Positions 9,860-19,108 of a DNA stretch of 64,000 nt are shown here, one piece after another. The stretch is taken from assembly GCA_965197905.1 (NCBI GenBank), contig CBDAOB010000005.1, positions 448,001 through 512,000 of the forward strand, given 5' to 3'. The notes below the pieces were generated by a model, which made no database searches, was not told the DNA's origin, and saw only the letters and a list, made by a program, of their open reading frames with translations. The translations under genes and the position numbers were made by a program. Every line of letters begins with the position of its first letter. The stretch's first letter is position 1. This DNA is from Candidatus Latescibacterota bacterium (GTDB taxonomy: Bacteria > Latescibacterota > UBA2968 > UBA8231).

Positions 9860-9877
9860 CATGCTGAAAGCAGAACC

Positions 9878-10459
9878 ATGGCAAACAAAGAGATCCTCAC
9901 GACCGGAGATATCGCGGCCCACTGCCACGTCTCCTACGAAACCGTCGCCAACTGGATTCGGGCGGGTAAATTAAACTCGTTCGCCACGCCCGGTCGGCAT
10001 CGGCGGATCAAAGTGGAGGATTTCAGGATTTTCCTGCGCCAGCACGACATGCCCCCTTACGGAGAAGGTGCTGCGGTCGCGACGAAGCTCCTGATCGTGG
10101 ATGACGAGCCCGATATCGTCCAGTTGATCTCGAACTACTTTGCCAAGCTGTCAGATTACGAGGTCGAGTCCGCTTCGAATGGATTCGAAGCCGGAATCCA
10201 CGTAGAAAGGTTCAAACCCGACCTGCTCATTCTCGATCTGCATATGCCGCAGGTTGATGGTTTCAACGTGTGCAAAATGATCAAATCCAACCCGGCTACC
10301 AGTCATATTGGCATTCTCGTTCTTACGGGGTACGCCGAAGGTGAAAACCTCAAGCGCGCTCTGGAGTGTGGCGCCGACGAGTGTATGTCGAAGCCGTTCA
10401 AGCTGGGCGACCTGAAGAAGCGAGTGGATGAGTTTGCCGGCCGGCAAGTTATCGCCTGA
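9878..10459 (+). CDS. Response regulator: excisionase/MerR-like HTH plus receiver domain
   Basis: LTTGDIA..CHVS.ETV.NWIRAGKL...TPGRHRRI; IVDDE, ILDLHMP, LTG, KPF. Confidence 0.85.
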   Translation: MANKEILTTGDIAAHCHVSYETVANWIRAGKLNSFATPGRHRRIKVEDFRIFLRQHDMPPYGEGAAVATKLLIVDDEPDIVQLISNYFAKLSDYEVESASNGFEAGIHVERFKPDLLILDLHMPQVDGFNVCKMIKSNPATSHIGILVLTGYAEGENLKRALECGADECMSKPFKLGDLKKRVDEFAGRQVIA

Positions 10460-10521
10460 GGCCAACTAGACGGTTCGGTGCTCTCTCGGCGAAACGAGAC
10501 GGCCCACCCCTGGAAGAGATT

Positions 10522-10980
10522 ATGAGATCAGAGATATCGGTTGTCGGCAAACGGCAGAAGGTGCTGCAGGACCTGGAGGGGATTTACCTGGTGATCGAAG
10601 AGATCACGTTTGAGCAGGAGGAACCCGGTTTGTTGGAATATCAGTTGCAGGAGGATCTCAAGCTGGCTATCCGCATCGCCGGCATCCCTGTACTGTCGGC
10701 GGAGGAGTGGATCGAAACGCCTGGGACGCCCTATCTGTATGTGAACGTTACCATCGCCAATGTCGCCCACGATCAGCTGGCCGCTTATTCGATAACCCTG
10801 GAGTTGCACCAGAATGTAGCCCTCTCGAGGGAACCATCTGTCACAACATCGTCATCAACATGGGATACAGGTCTTGTCAACATCTCTTCGACCGACGGGT
10901 TGGACGACGACATCCGCAGATCCCTCGCCGCCCTCGTCGAATTTTTCGTAGAAGATTTCTCCACAGCCAACCCTGGTTGA
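10522..10980 (+). CDS. Hypothetical protein
   Basis: 152-aa ORF with plausible composition filling the gap between same-strand genes. Confidence 0.6.
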   Translation: MRSEISVVGKRQKVLQDLEGIYLVIEEITFEQEEPGLLEYQLQEDLKLAIRIAGIPVLSAEEWIETPGTPYLYVNVTIANVAHDQLAAYSITLELHQNVALSREPSVTTSSSTWDTGLVNISSTDGLDDDIRRSLAALVEFFVEDFSTANPG

Positions 10981-11138
10981 CGCTGGCCCCGCGCCGTTTG
11001 CCCTTGGGGGTTTTCGCACGAGACCCCACGCGCTCAAGAGGCCGCCGCAATCTCCGCTGTCAAGACGCGGGTCAAATTTTTGTCCACGCCCTCGGTTTTT
11101 ATATCTTACCCAAAAAGTCCCAGTCTGCGAGGTGTGCG

Positions 11139-12425
11139 ATGCCAACTGTTTTTCATCGAGGGAATGCCGGAACCGACGAGTTGCTAGCCGAAGTCTCGTA
11201 TTTGAGGAAGCGAGTAGCTGAGTTGGAGGCGGAGTCGCCGGGCATCGAAGAAGCCCTGCGCAAAAGTGAAGAGCGTTACAGGGCTGTGGCCGAAACCGCT
11301 TTCGCCGGTATCAGTATCACTGACGTCGACGAGAATATCATCTACGCGAACCCGGCGTTCGCCCACATGCTCGGCTACTCCGATGGCGAGCTTCTCGAGG
11401 TGAATCTCGCGAATCTAACTGGTCCCAATGAATTCTTCCGATTTCAGCAGCTCACCGAGCAACGCCAACGCGGGGTCTGCAATCATTACGAGACGCACCT
11501 GTATCGCAAGAACCGCAGCAGCATCTCTGCTTTGGTATCGGCGTCGCCGTTGACCGACCGCGACGGCAGCTTCGAAGGCACTCTGGCAGTGGTTCTCGAC
11601 ATATCGGAAGGAAAGCGTGTGCAGCTGGAACTGCAAAAAGCCAAAGAAGCGTACACCGAGCGGTTGGAAGACATGGTCAATGAGCGGACGCGTGAGCTCA
11701 AGGTTACCCAGGCCCAATTGATCCACTCTGAAAAAATGGCTTCACTGGGCAACCTGGCCGCGGGTGTCGCGCACGAAATCAACAATCCGACCGGAGTGTT
11801 GTTGATGAAGTTGAAGTTTCTACTGTCCATCGCCGACAGCGAGAGGCTCTCTCGAAAAACGGTGTCGAGCCTCGACGTGGCCGTCCAGCAGATCGATCGC
11901 ATTGCCCGCATCACCGAGAGCCTGCTCAGCTTTTCGCGGCAAGATCAGGGTACCCCCGTAGAGATCGATCTCAACAAAACCATTGAGACCGCGCTCATTC
12001 TCTCTGAACTGGCTCTTAGTTCGCAGAAGATCGAACTCTCGGTTTCCCTTGATCCGGACCTGCCGAAAGTGCTGGCCGACCCCACGGACCTGGAGCAGGT
12101 GGTGATCAACCTGCTGAGCAATGCGGTCGACGCGATGCCGGGTGGGGGACGGCTGGAGGTCTCCACGCTCTCGGATAGCAGCGCCGGCTCCCAAGTGGTC
12201 TTCACGGTCATCGACTCCGGTAACGGCATTCCGGAGGAGCACATGAGCCGTATCTTCGATCCCTTTTTTACCACCAAAGAGGTCGGAAAAGGCACCGGTC
12301 TTGGACTGTCGGTAAGCTTCGGAATAATCGAGAAACTCGGTGGACACATCGGAGTCGAAAGTAACAGTGGGGTGGGGACATCGTTTACGATTCTACTCCC
12401 AATTGATGAGGAAGCCGGATCATGA
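11139..12425 (+). CDS. PAS-domain sensor histidine kinase
   Basis: PAS (YANPAF..MLGY), H-box AGVAHEINNP, NAVDAM, DSGNGI, FFTTKEVGKGTGLGL; GAGGTG RBS. Confidence 0.92.
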   Translation: MPTVFHRGNAGTDELLAEVSYLRKRVAELEAESPGIEEALRKSEERYRAVAETAFAGISITDVDENIIYANPAFAHMLGYSDGELLEVNLANLTGPNEFFRFQQLTEQRQRGVCNHYETHLYRKNRSSISALVSASPLTDRDGSFEGTLAVVLDISEGKRVQLELQKAKEAYTERLEDMVNERTRELKVTQAQLIHSEKMASLGNLAAGVAHEINNPTGVLLMKLKFLLSIADSERLSRKTVSSLDVAVQQIDRIARITESLLSFSRQDQGTPVEIDLNKTIETALILSELALSSQKIELSVSLDPDLPKVLADPTDLEQVVINLLSNAVDAMPGGGRLEVSTLSDSSAGSQVVFTVIDSGNGIPEEHMSRIFDPFFTTKEVGKGTGLGLSVSFGIIEKLGGHIGVESNSGVGTSFTILLPIDEEAGS

Positions 12426-13834
12426 AGAAGGGCCGCGTTCTCGTAATCGACGATGATCCGGCGATGCTGGACGCGTGTGCCGAAACCCTGGTATACTACG
12501 GCTACGACGTCCTGCTCCGGGAAGATCCCCGGCTCGCGATCACCACGGTACAGCAAGATACCTTCGACCTGGTTCTACTAGATTTGAAGATGCCCGGCAT
12601 GAACGGTCTCGATCTTTTGCGCGAGATCCGGTCGGTGGACAGCAAGGTGTTGGCGGTCATGATCACCGCCTTTCCGACCATTGCCACCGCAGTAGAGGCT
12701 GTCAGGGAGGGGGCATTCGACTACCTGCCGAAACCCTTCACCCCCGAGCAGCTGCTGATAGTCGTCGATCGCGCGCGCGCTCAAAAGCGGCTGGCCGAAG
12801 AGAATTTCGTCCTACGGGAAGCCTTGCGTTTTCGCCCGGGATTCGAGGGGGTTGTGGGAAAAAGCCATGTCATGGAGCGTGTGATGGATCTCGTCGCCAA
12901 AGTTGCGGACAGCGACTCGAGCGTGGTCATCGAAGGAGAAACCGGAACAGGAAAGGAATTGATCGCCCGCAGCTTGCACCGCAACAGCCCGCGGCGCGAG
13001 CGGCCGTTTCTTCCCGTTACCTGCGGCACATTTCCAGAGCAGCTCCTGGAGAGCGAGTTGTTCGGTCACGAGCGTGGCGCGTTTACCGGGGCCTACACGC
13101 GCAAGCTGGGTCTGCTGGAATCGGCCCAAGGGGGCACGGTTTTTCTGGACGAAATTTCGACCCTGAGCCTCGAGCTGCAAGTAAAGTTGCTGCGAGTTCT
13201 GCAAGAGCGTCAGATCAGGCGTGTAGGCGGTTCCTCATATACGGACATCGACATCCGCGTGCTTTCGGCAACGAACGAGAAACTGGAAGAAGCCGTCAGC
13301 AACGGCCGTTTCCGCAAGGACCTTTATTACCGATTGAACGTCATTACCATATCGCTGCCTCCGCTGCGCGACCGTATACCGGACATACCTTTGCTTGTGC
13401 AGCACTTCTTGAAACAACTCAATTCGACGCACGACCGGCAGCTGAGCGGGTTTTCCAGGGAGGCCATCGAGACCTTGCAGATGCATGACTGGCCCGGAAA
13501 TGTTCGCGAGCTGCAGAATGTCGTCGAGCGCGCTTTTTTCTTGAGCGAAGAGGAATTTATTCAGCCCGCGGACTTTCCGGCTGAGATGCTCCATACCGAC
13601 CAAGAGCAACCAATGGTCGATACGCGTTTGCCGTACCTGCAGTCGAAACAGGCCTATCTGGTTCCCTTCGAAAAGGAGTACCTGACCGAGCTGCTGCGAG
13701 AGCACCGCGGTAATGTGTCGCGCGCATCGGTACGGGCGGGCATGCATCGGTCCACTTTCCAGCGGCTCATGCGCAAGCACGGGATTCAATCGCAGGACTA
13801 TCGCTCGATGGTTCGCGAGGGAAGCCTGAATTGA
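12422..13834 (+). CDS. Sigma-54-dependent response regulator (NtrC/AtoC type)
   Basis: Receiver domain, GETGTGKE, GAFTGA, FLDEI, WPGNVREL, Fis-type HTH; ATGA overlap with the kinase. Confidence 0.93.
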   Translation: MKKGRVLVIDDDPAMLDACAETLVYYGYDVLLREDPRLAITTVQQDTFDLVLLDLKMPGMNGLDLLREIRSVDSKVLAVMITAFPTIATAVEAVREGAFDYLPKPFTPEQLLIVVDRARAQKRLAEENFVLREALRFRPGFEGVVGKSHVMERVMDLVAKVADSDSSVVIEGETGTGKELIARSLHRNSPRRERPFLPVTCGTFPEQLLESELFGHERGAFTGAYTRKLGLLESAQGGTVFLDEISTLSLELQVKLLRVLQERQIRRVGGSSYTDIDIRVLSATNEKLEEAVSNGRFRKDLYYRLNVITISLPPLRDRIPDIPLLVQHFLKQLNSTHDRQLSGFSREAIETLQMHDWPGNVRELQNVVERAFFLSEEEFIQPADFPAEMLHTDQEQPMVDTRLPYLQSKQAYLVPFEKEYLTELLREHRGNVSRASVRAGMHRSTFQRLMRKHGIQSQDYRSMVREGSLN

Positions 13835-14649
13835 AACCCGGTCTGCTCCTTGTCCTGGTACTGTTGACACACGGTGCCGCACGGGCGACCAGCGTTGCGG
13901 GAAAGACCATTCGAACTTCTGCCGGAACCGAACACCTTGCGGTGTTCATTCCGAAAGGACCTTTTACCATGGGTCTCGATGACGGAGAAAAAGACGAAAG
14001 CCCGGCGCACGTCGTGCATCTGGACGGCTTCTATCTGGACAAACACGAAGTCACCAACGGTCAGTATCTGGCGTTTATCAATTCCCGTCCTGCACCGGGG
14101 CAGCCAGACAGCTTGCTGTTGGCGGTCGACGATAGCGATCTGCAGATTGCGTGGACCGGGAAACAGTACGAGCTCAAGTCCGTCACCGTGAGCCGGCGAC
14201 CGATCGTCGAGGTGACCTGGGAGGGAGCGCGTGCCTACTGCGATTGGTCGGGGGGGCGCCTTCCCAGCGAAGCCGAGTGGGAGAAGGGCGCTCGGGGCAC
14301 CGATGGGCGAAGCTACCCCTGGGGCGGGGGAATCAGCCGGGAGCGCGCGAACTACAAGGGACTATTCAGCCAACCGATAGAGGTGGGGCACTACTCAGGC
14401 GGGGTCTCTCCCTACGGAGTCTTCGACATGGCCGGCAATGTCTGGGAGTGGGTTTCGGATTGGTACGACAGCTCTTACTACGGCCGGAGTCCGGAGCGCA
14501 ACCCCAAGGGGCCTTCCAGCGGTACATTTCGAACGATTAAAGGGGGTGCCTGGGGGACGGAGGCGGCTTTTCTCCGTTCCTCGTATCGCTACGGCATCGT
14601 GCCCGACTGGAGCGACGATTCCATCGGTTTTCGCTGTGCCAGAGATTAG
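13831..14649 (+). CDS. Secreted FGE-sulfatase domain protein
   Basis: Signal peptide; FTMG, RLPSEAEWEKGARG, DMAGNVWEW, KGGAW, GFRC. Confidence 0.85.
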   Translation: MKPGLLLVLVLLTHGAARATSVAGKTIRTSAGTEHLAVFIPKGPFTMGLDDGEKDESPAHVVHLDGFYLDKHEVTNGQYLAFINSRPAPGQPDSLLLAVDDSDLQIAWTGKQYELKSVTVSRRPIVEVTWEGARAYCDWSGGRLPSEAEWEKGARGTDGRSYPWGGGISRERANYKGLFSQPIEVGHYSGGVSPYGVFDMAGNVWEWVSDWYDSSYYGRSPERNPKGPSSGTFRTIKGGAWGTEAAFLRSSYRYGIVPDWSDDSIGFRCARD

Positions 14650-15767
14650 CTCTGTATGTGTGACCAGCGAACGGCATCACCGTCGAGGCTGAAAACCGCG
14701 TGAATAAGATCCTTCTTACCCATCACCTGCGTCGATTTTTCGCCTTTTGCGGATAGCAGTTCTGCCTCCAGTTGGGAGCCCGAGGATCCTACCTCGGCGC
14801 TGGCTGAATTCTCTTCGATTTCGATTTCCCCGCTCTGTTGACGTTTTACGGTCGGCAATAGGAATTTCAGCACGCTTCCGGGTTCGATCTCGCCGCCAAC
14901 GGAGATTTTCTGACCGCGGTGACTCAGCGTCTCCAAGATTTGATCCAGCTCCGAGCACGCGCTCTCAAGGGACGCTTGTGCGCGGTCCCGCTTGCCGACG
15001 ATGGCAAAGAGCTCCCTCAAACCTTTGAGGAGTTGCAGGAACACCTTCTCCCGGGACAGGTTATCGCTGACGTACTGACTGTTCGTCTTTACCAGAATTC
15101 CAACGATGCCTTTGGCGAAGAATTCGTTTAGCGCCAGTTCGAATTTCTGGTCCGACGATTCGCCGAGTGATTCGGCAAACGCCGTGAGGTCGACGGTCAC
15201 CCGATCGCTGTCGTGTTGCACGATGCGCGGAACGTTGAAGTCGAGAGGAGAGCGGGTCGTTTTGCACGCCCGCCCGACCCGCCGCTCCTGCTGCTTGATT
15301 TGGCGCTCCAAACTCTCTTGGTCTTCGCCCACATTGGAAATGGTTCTCTTCAACTCGTCCACGCGTTGGTTGAGTTCGCGAAAATCTCCTACAATGCAGA
15401 GCGATTCCAACAGGTTTTCGCCGAGCATGATGTCATTGGACGCAACCAGCTCAGAATGCCGGGATGTGCCGCGGACGCGAATATTTGCGGCATTGATCTG
15501 GGAATGTTCGACGGAGCCGTCGACGAAGGCATCACCAAGCATGGAAATGCGACAGCGGTTTCCATCGGTTCCCCGTACCGACCCTTCGACAATCAGCGAG
15601 CCGCTACCTTCAAGCGTGATACCGCCATGGATGTCGCAGCGAAAGATGGCATTGCGATCACCGCTGTCGATCTTGCTTTGGTCCGCCGGCAGGGTGTCGA
15701 TTTCCAGCAGGTTGCCGGCAGCCACGACGGACTTTTTCGCCTCTTCGATTTCTAGCGCATCGTTCAT
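14646..15767 (-). CDS. Hypothetical protein with beta-helix-like N-terminus and coiled coils (possibly FapA/DUF342-like)
   Basis: Gly/Val/Ile-rich repeats (IVEGSVRG, FVDGSVEHSQINAANIRVRG) followed by heptad-rich helices. Confidence 0.55.
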   Translation of the reverse strand: MNDALEIEEAKKSVVAAGNLLEIDTLPADQSKIDSGDRNAIFRCDIHGGITLEGSGSLIVEGSVRGTDGNRCRISMLGDAFVDGSVEHSQINAANIRVRGTSRHSELVASNDIMLGENLLESLCIVGDFRELNQRVDELKRTISNVGEDQESLERQIKQQERRVGRACKTTRSPLDFNVPRIVQHDSDRVTVDLTAFAESLGESSDQKFELALNEFFAKGIVGILVKTNSQYVSDNLSREKVFLQLLKGLRELFAIVGKRDRAQASLESACSELDQILETLSHRGQKISVGGEIEPGSVLKFLLPTVKRQQSGEIEIEENSASAEVGSSGSQLEAELLSAKGEKSTQVMGKKDLIHAVFSLDGDAVRWSHIQS

Positions 15768-15821
15768 GTTGCTGGCGGGGCTCTTCGATGACGGAGCCGA
15801 CAATCCGGCGTCGACTGCGGA

Positions 15822-16232
15822 TTAGCGTACGACCGTGGGAACCGATCCTAGTAATCGAATATTCTCAATGGTAGAGAGTATTTGCTCGGCCCCATCGAGG
15901 AGTTGATGAAAGGTCTCCAGACTGACCGGTTTGGGAATCAAGACGTCCACACAACCTGCCACCTCCTCAGAAACCTCGTCCGGGATAAAACCGGATACGA
16001 TGGCAATGATTGCATGCGGGCACATGTTGCGCAACATCGCGATGATCTCCAGTCCGCTCACTCCGGGCATGCGAATGTCCAGGGTAATCAGGTCGTAGCT
16101 GTTCTTGATGACGAACGCGAGCGCCTCTTCGCCGGAAGCCGCCGTATCGATGTCTCCATACCCGCGAACCTGGGCAAGATTCAGGAAGAAGTCCGTAACG
16201 CTCTTTTCATCATCGATAATGAGAATCTTCAT
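15822..16232 (-). CDS. Single-domain response regulator
   Basis: ILIIDDE, LDIRMPG.SGL, SG, KP; GGAGAGGT RBS. Confidence 0.88.
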   Translation of the reverse strand: MKILIIDDEKSVTDFFLNLAQVRGYGDIDTAASGEEALAFVIKNSYDLITLDIRMPGVSGLEIIAMLRNMCPHAIIAIVSGFIPDEVSEEVAGCVDVLIPKPVSLETFHQLLDGAEQILSTIENIRLLGSVPTVVR

Positions 16233-16327
16233 CGGTACCTCTCCCGTACTCCTTCGAAATGATGGTTGGATTACCGTTCGTGAAAGGGTATCCTCGGGCA
16301 AGGCTTCGTCAAGCAGCGCCAGCGCGA

Positions 16328-16934
16328 TCAATCAACTTGCTTCTCGGCAACAAGCCGGATAACCGCTTCCTTATCGGATGAAGCCCCATGGCAAGATTGC
16401 AGGATTAGATCCTCGTAGAAACGAAGACGCAAACTGGAGATGGGGGGCAGTATCTCCTCAGGTTTGGCAAGGTGCTCGGGATTTCGCGGACCTCCCGAGA
16501 ATGCCAGCTGATCTCGAGAAAAGGTCTGGAACATGAGGCGTCCTCCGGGGCGCAGCGAGCGGCAGATCGGCTCGAAAAGCCGGGGCTGGTAAAAGTAAAA
16601 CTTGGTAATCAGATCGTAGATACGATCGCCCGGCTCGTAGTCCGTTAAGTCGGCACGAATCGATGTTATGGACACCCCGCGAGCCTGCGCCAGTCGCGTA
16701 CAGAGGTGAAGTCCCTCGCCAGAGATGTCGATGGCATCAACCTCGAAGCCCCGTTCGGCCAGAAAAACCGCATTGCGCCCATTTCCGGCAGCCAGGCACA
16801 GGGCCCTGCCCCCGCATTGCGGAGTCGACTTGGGCTTTCAGAAACGGATTCGGCTCGATGTGGGGATCAAAAGCCTGCTCCCGGTAGCGTTGGTCCCACT
16901 TTTCTCGAGATCCCGCTCCTTGTTGTTCGCTCAT
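16328..16934 (-). pseudogene. Class I SAM-dependent methyltransferase (TehB-like), frameshifted near 16805-16835
   Basis: WDQRY...EPNPFL in one frame; GRALCLAAGNGRNAVFLA.RGFEVDAIDIS...LRPGG in another frame that has a TGA just upstream. Confidence 0.8.
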
Positions 16935-17007
16935 GGCGATTTCTCCGTGTTGCCCGTCGGTGGCGATGCCGTCCCTAAGAAGCGGATTCCGCCGCCGGAC
17001 AGGACTC

Positions 17008-17036
17008 TTGATTGGTCCAAGCCTATAAGGTATCAT
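17008..17036 (+). promoter_or_regulatory. Sigma-70-like promoter
   Basis: TTGATT-N17-TATCAT, 30 nt upstream of an AAGGAG-preceded ATG. Confidence 0.55.
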
Positions 17037-17066
17037 GAGATACAGTCGTCGCGAAAGGAGTGCACC

Positions 17067-17201
17067 ATGAGCTCAAGGGAAATGTGGATCATGGCTGTGA
17101 TTCTCGGACTGGGTGCGTTGTATCTGTTTGAGACCAAAGCCCTTTACCTGTTCGGAATCGCGGGACTCATCTATTTATTCACCAGGGCGAGCCGGCGCTA
17201 G
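17067..17201 (+). CDS. Small 44-aa membrane protein
   Basis: AAGGAG RBS; two short hydrophobic segments; basic C-terminus. Confidence 0.6.
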   Translation: MSSREMWIMAVILGLGALYLFETKALYLFGIAGLIYLFTRASRR

Positions 17202-17224
17202 AGACCGGTGGCCCGGGAGGCGGG

Positions 17225-18007
17225 TTTCGAGCTATCAAGAAAAGCGAGCTTGAGAAGATACTAGAGGCCCACCGGGTCTGGATGATCAGCGACGGCGAGA
17301 GTGGTGCTCAAGCCGAGTTGGCGGGAAGCGACCTGCGCGGTGCCGATTTGTTGGAGGCAGATCTACGCAACGCCAAGCTTCAGGGAGCCGATTTGCTGGG
17401 CGCCAATCTGCTGGAGGCCCACCTGCAAAGAGCAGACCTCCTGGGGGCCAATCTGGCCGGCGCCGATCTTCAGGGAACCAATCTCTGGGGGGCGGACCTG
17501 CTCGGGGCGAATCTCCAGGAAGCGAATCTCTGGCTTGCGGACCTGCAAGGCGCGAAGCTTCAGAAGGCAACGCTGATTGGGGCGAGACTGCAGAACGCCG
17601 ACCTGTGGGGCTCCGATCTGTGGGGTGCTAATTTGTGGGGAGCCGATGCCCGGGAGGCAAAGTTCGTCGGCGCCAACCTGCTCGAGGCGGATCTGAGCGA
17701 GGCAGATCTCAGCGGCGCGAACCTGCGCATGGTAGACTTGAGGCAAGCAAAAATGTTGCGGACAAACCTGGAGGCGGCAGATCTCTGGTCCGCGACCCTT
17801 GCCGACGCCGACCTTCAAGGGGCAAAGCTGCACGAGGTGAATCTGAGCGGAGCCGATCTCATGGGCGCCAATTTGCGCGGTGCTATCGATCTTACCAGCG
17901 AGCAGCTGGCCGGGTGCGAGTCATTGTGGGGCAGCATGCTAGATCCGCAGCTGAGAAGCGAAATCGAATTGGCGGCGCCCACTCTTTTCGAACGCGTCGA
18001 CGACTGA
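17225..18007 (+). CDS. Pentapeptide repeat protein (true start probably upstream of ATG 17282)
   Basis: Long A(D/N)Lxx array; the in-frame upstream segment ELEKILEAHRVW matches a common N-terminal cap. Confidence 0.85.
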   Translation, partial: FRAIKKSELEKILEAHRVWMISDGESGAQAELAGSDLRGADLLEADLRNAKLQGADLLGANLLEAHLQRADLLGANLAGADLQGTNLWGADLLGANLQEANLWLADLQGAKLQKATLIGARLQNADLWGSDLWGANLWGADAREAKFVGANLLEADLSEADLSGANLRMVDLRQAKMLRTNLEAADLWSATLADADLQGAKLHEVNLSGADLMGANLRGAIDLTSEQLAGCESLWGSMLDPQLRSEIELAAPTLFERVDD

Positions 18008-18010
18008 CCT

Positions 18011-18868
18011 GTGAGCGAACCTTCGCCCCTCATCGCCGCGACAGAGTTGGCGTGTCATTTGGATGAATCCGATTGGTGTATTCTGGATTGTCGCTTCGCT
18101 CTGAACGACACGGAACGCGGACGCGGCGAATACGCCCTCTCGCATATTCCGAATTCATTCTACGCGCACCTCGAGGACGATCTTTCCGGTCCGGTGGTTG
18201 CCGGCGCGACCGGCCGCCACCCACTGCCCTCCCCCGAGATCTTCGCTGCCACGTTGGGAAAATGGGGTATCGATCCGAGTGTGTACGTCGTCATATATGA
18301 CGATTGCGATGCTTCGATCGCCGCCCGTCTGTGGTGGATGTTGCGCTGGGTGGGCCACCGGCGTGTGTTTGTTCTCGACGGAGGATGGGCGGCATGGGTG
18401 GACATGGGCGGCTCTGCGACTGAGGAACCGGGGCGGCGGCAGCGGCGGATCTACCAGGCAGAACCCGACTCCTCCCTGCTGGCAGGGAGCGCCGAGATGG
18501 TGGAAATCCATCCAAAAAACGGATGGCTGCTGATCGACTCCCGTACCGGGGAGCGTTTCCGCGGCGAATCAGAGCCTATAGATCCGGTGGCGGGTCACAT
18601 TCCGGGCGCCGTCAACGCCCCTTTCACGGCGAATCTCGACGCCAACGGACGTCTGCTACCGGCGGCAACACTGAGGTCTCGTTTCGTGAAAATCCTGGGA
18701 GAAGTCGAACCCGCGCGGACCGTTTTCTACTGTGGGTCTGGGGTTACGGCCGCACACAACCTTCTGGCGCTGGCGGTGGCAGGTATCCATGGCGCGCGCT
18801 TATACGCGGGATCGTGGAGTGAGTGGATTGCCGACCCGCGGCGACCGGTTGCAACGGGGCCAGTATAG
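18011..18868 (+). CDS. sseA: Two-domain sulfurtransferase (rhodanese / 3-mercaptopyruvate sulfurtransferase)
   Basis: HIP, GRHPLP, ARLWW, LDGG, GHIPGA, active-site CGSGVTA, LYAGSWSEW. Confidence 0.9.
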   Translation: MSEPSPLIAATELACHLDESDWCILDCRFALNDTERGRGEYALSHIPNSFYAHLEDDLSGPVVAGATGRHPLPSPEIFAATLGKWGIDPSVYVVIYDDCDASIAARLWWMLRWVGHRRVFVLDGGWAAWVDMGGSATEEPGRRQRRIYQAEPDSSLLAGSAEMVEIHPKNGWLLIDSRTGERFRGESEPIDPVAGHIPGAVNAPFTANLDANGRLLPAATLRSRFVKILGEVEPARTVFYCGSGVTAAHNLLALAVAGIHGARLYAGSWSEWIADPRRPVATGPV

Positions 18869-18933
18869 AATATTGCGAACATGCCGATGTACTCAGTGGA
18901 CGTATTCCTCGAAGTGCAGCAGGTCGACCCGGC

Positions 18934-19041
18934 ATGGACTCGCAAGACAAATCAGATTGGGCAGTGGGGCTGTCCCTCTGCGTCTTTTTGCCCATGCTCG
19001 TAAATCTTCTGGTCCTGGCCACCTACCTGCTCGGATCGTAA
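18934..19041 (+). CDS. Possible 35-aa single-pass membrane peptide
   Basis: MDSQDKSDWAVGLSLCVFLPMLVNLLVLATYLLGS in an otherwise empty gap; weak RBS. Confidence 0.3.
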   Translation: MDSQDKSDWAVGLSLCVFLPMLVNLLVLATYLLGS

Positions 19042-19108
19042 CCGACTAACTCGATCGGCGTCACCCACTCAGGCAATCACCGAGCCGTCGGTGTGTTTGC
19101 AGCGTCCG

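Noticed and set aside
9800..9860. Sigma-54 promoter for the nearby NtrC-type regulator
   Set aside because: The TGGC and TTGC elements do not have the required GG-N10-GC spacing
825..14649. Two FGE-sulfatase (CLec-fold) genes as diversity-generating retroelement targets
   Set aside because: No reverse transcriptase and no template repeat seen; the differences look like ordinary paralog divergence
17320..17880. Periodic DNA resembling a CRISPR or tandem array
   Set aside because: The 15-nt periodicity is explained by pentapeptide coding; no unique spacers or cas genes
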